From: Candidatus Multivoradales bacterium
GTDB lineage: Bacteria; Acidobacteriota; Thermoanaerobaculia; Multivoradales; J023
NCBI GenBank assembly: GCA_965248925.1
Contig: CBDFLE010000006.1
Location: forward strand, 2,528,001 to 2,592,000
Reading direction: 5' to 3'
DNA: 64,000 nucleotides
Below are positions 59,808 to 64,000 of this stretch, piece after piece (within the stretch, counting starts at the first letter, position 1; each line of letters begins with the position of its first letter). A model generated the notes under the pieces. It worked only from the letters and a program-made list of their open reading frames with translations. It was not told the origin of the DNA and searched no databases. The position numbers and the translations under genes were made by a program.

Positions 59808-60524
59808 CTACTTGCCGGGCAACTCGACGCCGATATCGCGCAATTGGCGAGTAGCGGCGGTGGCCCAGCCGCGATTGGCCAAGGGGCTAGCCGGGCTGGG
59901 GTGCAGGATGCGGGCAATCTCGACATCGAGCCCACCGAGGACCCGGCGAGCACAGCCCTCGGCAAACACTCCGATGCCGATCACCCGCCGCGGCTGGAGG
60001 GCCTCCACCAGCTGGCGCAAGGCCTGGTCACAGGGACCCTCGACGGCCTGGCGATCGGCGGCCACTAGCTTGTCCGGCGTCAGATTTCGGCCGCTATCGG
60101 CGAGGAACTGCAAGGGGCAGTAGTTGCCGACAAAGAACTGTTCGAAGAAGCGCTCCGGGGAACCGAAGGTATCGCGAGCCCAACCCCAAACCCGAGCGCC
60201 GCTCACCTCCTGGCGACTACAGGCGAAACCCTCCACCAAGCGCTTAGGGTGCTCAGGCACCGGCTTGCCAACCTCTCCCGACAGGCCCAGCCAATCGCGC
60301 ACTAGGGAGATGGCGCCGAAGGGCACGCCAGTCTGCGCCATGCCCCAGGGCCCGGGGTTCATGCCCAGCAGCAAGTTCTCCGCGCCCAACCCGCCGAAGC
60401 GGCGCAAGTACTCCCGGTGCGGTCCCCAAGCGTACTCCAGCGGGTTGTAGACATAGGCCACCGGCGGCGCGAATTCGATCACGCTCATGGCGGCGGCTAG
60501 CTGCCGCGAGATGCTCTCCAACAT
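59808..60524 (-). CDS. SMUG1-family uracil-DNA glycosylase
   Basis: VYNPLEYA, GMNPGPWGMAQTGVPFG, NYCPL, HPSPASP. Confidence 0.92.
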   Translation of the reverse strand: MLESISRQLAAAMSVIEFAPPVAYVYNPLEYAWGPHREYLRRFGGLGAENLLLGMNPGPWGMAQTGVPFGAISLVRDWLGLSGEVGKPVPEHPKRLVEGFACSRQEVSGARVWGWARDTFGSPERFFEQFFVGNYCPLQFLADSGRNLTPDKLVAADRQAVEGPCDQALRQLVEALQPRRVIGIGVFAEGCARRVLGGLDVEIARILHPSPASPLANRGWATAATRQLRDIGVELPGK

Positions 60525-60536
60525 GATGCGTTGAGG

Positions 60537-62975
60537 CTACCGCGAGATGGACTCCGGAAGCGAGACCGGCGGCGGCTCACCGGCGATGCCGACTTGGTCG
60601 AGAATGATCACACCCGTGGGCTGGAGATCGAAAATCAGGCGGATCGCCGCCAGCTCCAAGTATTCCAGACCCAAGGCAGTGAGGGGTAATTCGTAGGTCT
60701 GGAAGAGCACTTCGGCACCGTCGCCATATCGCTTCTCCGTACTTTTCAGCTTGGTATAGCGGGACTTCAGGGGAGGAGGCAGGGGGCGGAGCCGCGCCAG
60801 TGTCAGCCGTGTTCTAGATCCGTCGCGGGCTTCTAGCTCAAGGGTGAAATCGATCGCCACGGCCGGCTCGTCGTCTGCGGACTTCTCCTGCTCCTCGGCT
60901 GACTCTTCAGCCGAGTCTTCGCGGTCCTCCTCCTGCGGCTCAGGAGCCTCTTCCTCAGTGGCAGCGAGATCAAATACCAAGCGTTGGGCCGCGCCCAAGA
61001 CGACCGCCGGTTGGCGTGGCAAGCGCAGGGTGAAACGGGGCTGGGCCGGGGGCTCGGCCACTTCTCCGCTAGCCAATGGCGCCTCATCTACAACCTTCCA
61101 ACCCAGATAGACGGCCTTGTTCTCACGCCGCCCACCACCGCGAAAGGAGACATCCTCCTCCCGCCAAACCGTCAGGTCCCGGGCTTCCAGAACGACTCCC
61201 GGCAGACTGCCACTGGTGACGTCGATATCTTCTTGAAAGTCCGCTAACAGCTGGAAACTGGCGTCTTGAAATCTGCTCAGATAGAGGTCTTCCGGCAACC
61301 ACGATCGACCCCTGCGGGGATCGCGAAACAGCGCCTGGTATTCCTCGCGACCCTGCACCGTCACGGCAACGAAGGCGGAGATATAGGTCCGCGCGATCCG
61401 CAACTGGTCTTCCATCGGCAGCAAGGGTCGCAGGTTGAGCAACCAAGCGAAGGGGGGCGAAAGATCGCTGCGCCCCCAGACGGTGTTGAATTGGCCGTGG
61501 TTGGCGCGATAGGCATAGAGACTGGCCTTGAAGGTGCCACTTCCGGGCGTGAGTTGCACCCTTTCGTACTGACGATCCCCGGAGAAACTCGAAACGTCGC
61601 CATCGTGACCTCCCTGGATTACCAAGTAGTTGACATCTCTGAGCGGTGTAGGGACGTCAGAAGGTCGATATTGGCCATCGCTGGGAGCAATCGCCAAGAC
61701 ACCCTTGATGCCGAAATCAAAATCAAAGTCGACTTTGGCATCGTCTGGGTAGTGCCGGAGGTGGTTGAAACTGGCGGCTATGGCCGCAGCCTCGCCCCCC
61801 CGCGAGTGGCCCATCAGCACCACCCGGTCGAGATCGGCGCGGCGAAAAAACAGACTCTCCGGGTCAGAATTCCAGCGCCGCCACGCCGTCAGGTGTTGGA
61901 GCAGCAGCCAACCCCGAGCATCGTTTTCCAGCCGCGGCCCGCCAAAGAGGTGGCCATTGAGAAAATTTTCATCCACCGATACGAAGATCACCCCGTGGCT
62001 GGCCAGCAGCTCGCCGAGATAAGCGTAGCCTGGATCGGAGTAGTGATCCATGTTGTGGTTGCCGTGGACCATCAGCACGATTGGGAATGGCCCTTCGCCA
62101 CAAGGGTACCAAACCCGGCCATTGAGCGGCATCTGCTCCATGTCGAAGCCCCAGTAGAGGCGCCGCAGCTTGGCCTTCAATCCCTTGATGCCAGCAAAAA
62201 AAGCGGTTCCATCGACCGACTCGGTAACCACTGTCACTTGATCGCCGAACTCCGCTCGATGGCGGTCGTTGCCGCTACCGTAGGTCAGCGACGAGATTCC
62301 AAAGGGGCCGGGCTGGCCAGGATCCTCCAGTTCGAGAGCCGCCACATCGTCGAGGCCCAGACCTTCCAGAAGCAGCAGATGGTCGTCCGTACCCGGCCAC
62401 CGCAACCAACCCACCAGGGCGGCCAAGAGCACGACCGACATGACGCCGGCAGTGATCAGCGAACTCTTCTGTGGCGAACGCAAACGCCGCCAACCACTGG
62501 ACAGTAAAAAGGAGACCGAACCACCGAGGATCGCCGCAGCAAAGAGGACGCCAGCCACCAATGCCAGCACTTGCGGTACCGGCAGCCCCCAGGCCGACAG
62601 CTGGCCAATCATCAAGCTCAGCAGCGCCACTCCCAACCAACCCACCAGCTGTCGCAGGCGGCTGACCAGCCAGCCGGCCAGCGGCAGCAGGAGAGCCGCC
62701 AAGCGGCTGAGCAGATAGGCTAAGACAACGCCGGCGAGGAGATCGACCCACCAGCCCAGGGAAGTCCTGAATTCGAGTCCCATCACCGCGCCCAGCGCCA
62801 GCCACACTCCCTGCGCCCCTCGCGCCGCGCCCCGACGAACTACCGGGGAGGGAAGCAGCCGATCCCAGCCGCGAGCACACCCGTCTCGCACCTGCCGCCA
62901 GCGCCCGGACAACCGCGCTCGCCATCCACGATTTGGATCTGAAACCCTCGTTGAAGCCGCTGTGTCATTCACCAC
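60537..62975 (-). CDS. Membrane-anchored alpha/beta hydrolase
   Basis: About 5 N-terminal TM helices, VHGNH, GHSRGG nucleophile, ANHGQFNTVWG. Confidence 0.8.
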   Translation of the reverse strand: MVNDTAASTRVSDPNRGWRARLSGRWRQVRDGCARGWDRLLPSPVVRRGAARGAQGVWLALGAVMGLEFRTSLGWWVDLLAGVVLAYLLSRLAALLLPLAGWLVSRLRQLVGWLGVALLSLMIGQLSAWGLPVPQVLALVAGVLFAAAILGGSVSFLLSSGWRRLRSPQKSSLITAGVMSVVLLAALVGWLRWPGTDDHLLLLEGLGLDDVAALELEDPGQPGPFGISSLTYGSGNDRHRAEFGDQVTVVTESVDGTAFFAGIKGLKAKLRRLYWGFDMEQMPLNGRVWYPCGEGPFPIVLMVHGNHNMDHYSDPGYAYLGELLASHGVIFVSVDENFLNGHLFGGPRLENDARGWLLLQHLTAWRRWNSDPESLFFRRADLDRVVLMGHSRGGEAAAIAASFNHLRHYPDDAKVDFDFDFGIKGVLAIAPSDGQYRPSDVPTPLRDVNYLVIQGGHDGDVSSFSGDRQYERVQLTPGSGTFKASLYAYRANHGQFNTVWGRSDLSPPFAWLLNLRPLLPMEDQLRIARTYISAFVAVTVQGREEYQALFRDPRRGRSWLPEDLYLSRFQDASFQLLADFQEDIDVTSGSLPGVVLEARDLTVWREEDVSFRGGGRRENKAVYLGWKVVDEAPLASGEVAEPPAQPRFTLRLPRQPAVVLGAAQRLVFDLAATEEEAPEPQEEDREDSAEESAEEQEKSADDEPAVAIDFTLELEARDGSRTRLTLARLRPLPPPLKSRYTKLKSTEKRYGDGAEVLFQTYELPLTALGLEYLELAAIRLIFDLQPTGVIILDQVGIAGEPPPVSLPESISR

Positions 62976-63071
62976 TAACCCGCCCTTTCCTGGCCCGCCC
63001 TTTTGATCTCCTACCGAGTCAGACGCTGCAAGCTCCTTTTAGGTTTCAACATGGACTGCAAGGAGGTTTCC

Positions 63072-63488
63072 TCATCCCTGCTCCAACCAGCGCACCTCGA
63101 CAACGGCTTCAACCTGGCGAAACGCTGGATCTCCCGTGACCACCACGGCATCCTTCTGCTGTGCCAGAGCGACCGCGAAGGCATCGGCATAGGAGAGGGG
63201 GTAGTGAGCCTTGATGTGGGCGGCGGCAAAAGTGAGGGTGCGGTCAGCGTTAGCAATGCGCAAGGGGAGTTGGTCGAGTAAAGCAACCGCCTTCTGAGCC
63301 GGCCGCAAGCCTTGCTCACGCTCCGTGATGTACAACACCTCACCAACGTTGATGATCGACATCCAGCCCTCGGCAGCACCCGTGGCACAAGTGGCAAGGA
63401 GGGTCTCGACAGAGTTGGCACCGGCCTCATTCTCGAAGTAGGCCAGGAGGGCGAAGGAGTCGAAAACGTAGCGTTCAGCCGGATTCAC
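63072..63488 (-). CDS. vapC: VapC PIN-domain toxin
   Basis: YVFDSFA, NVGEV, LSYADAFA, VTGD. Confidence 0.9.
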   Translation of the reverse strand: MNPAERYVFDSFALLAYFENEAGANSVETLLATCATGAAEGWMSIINVGEVLYITEREQGLRPAQKAVALLDQLPLRIANADRTLTFAAAHIKAHYPLSYADAFAVALAQQKDAVVVTGDPAFRQVEAVVEVRWLEQG

Positions 63489-63747
63489 GGTCGCGATCTC
63501 GACGGCGTTCCGCGAGCAACGCCCGGGTCAACGTCCTCTTGATGCCTTTGCTTGAAAACGACCCTCGCGCCTCGCGGACTGGATCCCTCAACGCCGGCAC
63601 CAGACCGAGAACCCCACCGTAATCGACAATGCGAACCTCTGCTCCGGGCTCGATCCGATATTTGTGGCGCAGTGGCGCCGGGATGACAATCCACCCCTTG
63701 GAGGAGACCTTGGCCGTTGCTCCACCGGAACTCGTTGTTATACTCAT
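63475..63747 (-). CDS. AbrB/MazE-type antitoxin
   Basis: AKVSSKGWIVIPAPLRHKYRIEPG; overlaps vapC; exact start uncertain. Confidence 0.88.
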   Translation of the reverse strand: MSITTSSGGATAKVSSKGWIVIPAPLRHKYRIEPGAEVRIVDYGGVLGLVPALRDPVREARGSFSSKGIKRTLTRALLAERRRDRDRESG

Positions 63748-63766
63748 GACACTCATAGTATAACAA
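63735..63766. promoter_or_regulatory. Inverted-repeat operator of the TA operon
   Basis: TTGTTATACT-N12-AGTATAACAA, a perfect 10-bp inverted repeat at the antitoxin start. Confidence 0.7.
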
Positions 63767-63798
63767 GCTCTATCCTGCAAGGGTTGCCGATTGGCTAG

Positions 63799-64000
63799 CT
63801 ACCCAGAAAATGCCATCCGCCAGAGCAGGCGGAGAACCCCTCCCAGTCCCAGGCTGGAGAGCTTGCGAGTACGGCTGTGGATCCCAAGAATGCACGAGAA
63901 GAGTTCCGGCTCCCGCGCCAAAGCGCCCACCATCCGACGGCGCACCCGAGGGTGGCGCTCGATCCGCAGGAGCCAGCGGGTGAGGTTGTCAGGCAGGGCG
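63799..64000 (-). CDS. 3' end of a CDS, probably an FAD-dependent oxidoreductase
   Basis: Manual translation ALPDNLTRWLLRIERHPRVRRRMVGALAREPELFSCILGIH...AFSG*. Confidence 0.45.
   Translation of the reverse strand, partial: ALPDNLTRWLLRIERHPRVRRRMVGALAREPELFSCILGIHSRTRKLSSLGLGGVLRLLWRMAFSG

Overview
A high-GC bacterial chromosome segment. Gene content and motifs suggest Acidobacteriota, probably Thermoanaerobaculia-like; this is inferred from recalled protein similarity, not from a search. Housekeeping blocks: a complete single F0F1 ATP synthase operon (7.0-15.0 kb, Planctomycete-like, ~68-aa insertion in AtpA), hrpB, a metX-family gene, acyl-CoA ligase-yggS-zinc ribbon protein, tRNA-Ile(CAT), rpsU-mutS2-dnaG-rpoD, a SMUG1-type glycosylase and a vapBC pair. 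Accessory regions: (i) 2.4-5.2 kb, a TPR protein, a secreted protein with a perfectly duplicated 12-aa peptide that resembles the TPR's own C-terminus, and an XRE regulator (best candidate for an undescribed peptide-signalling system); (ii) 16.2-28.7 kb, an island with a Sec-signal Rhs protein (HExxH tip), an orphan Rhs module (JAB-like tip) broken by a group II intron remnant, coupled lipoproteins, an internal Cys-flanked DGFESGD motif in both Rhs cores, and an AraC-TPR/XRE module. Also present: a sigma54-type promoter before an ECF sigma/anti-sigma/SxxC redoxin cluster, a GAF-like protein with a RomX-like C-terminus, and a structured non-coding region with a 15-bp tandem array beside the tRNA. 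No CRISPR array or rRNA was seen. All family calls are from reading the sequence by eye.
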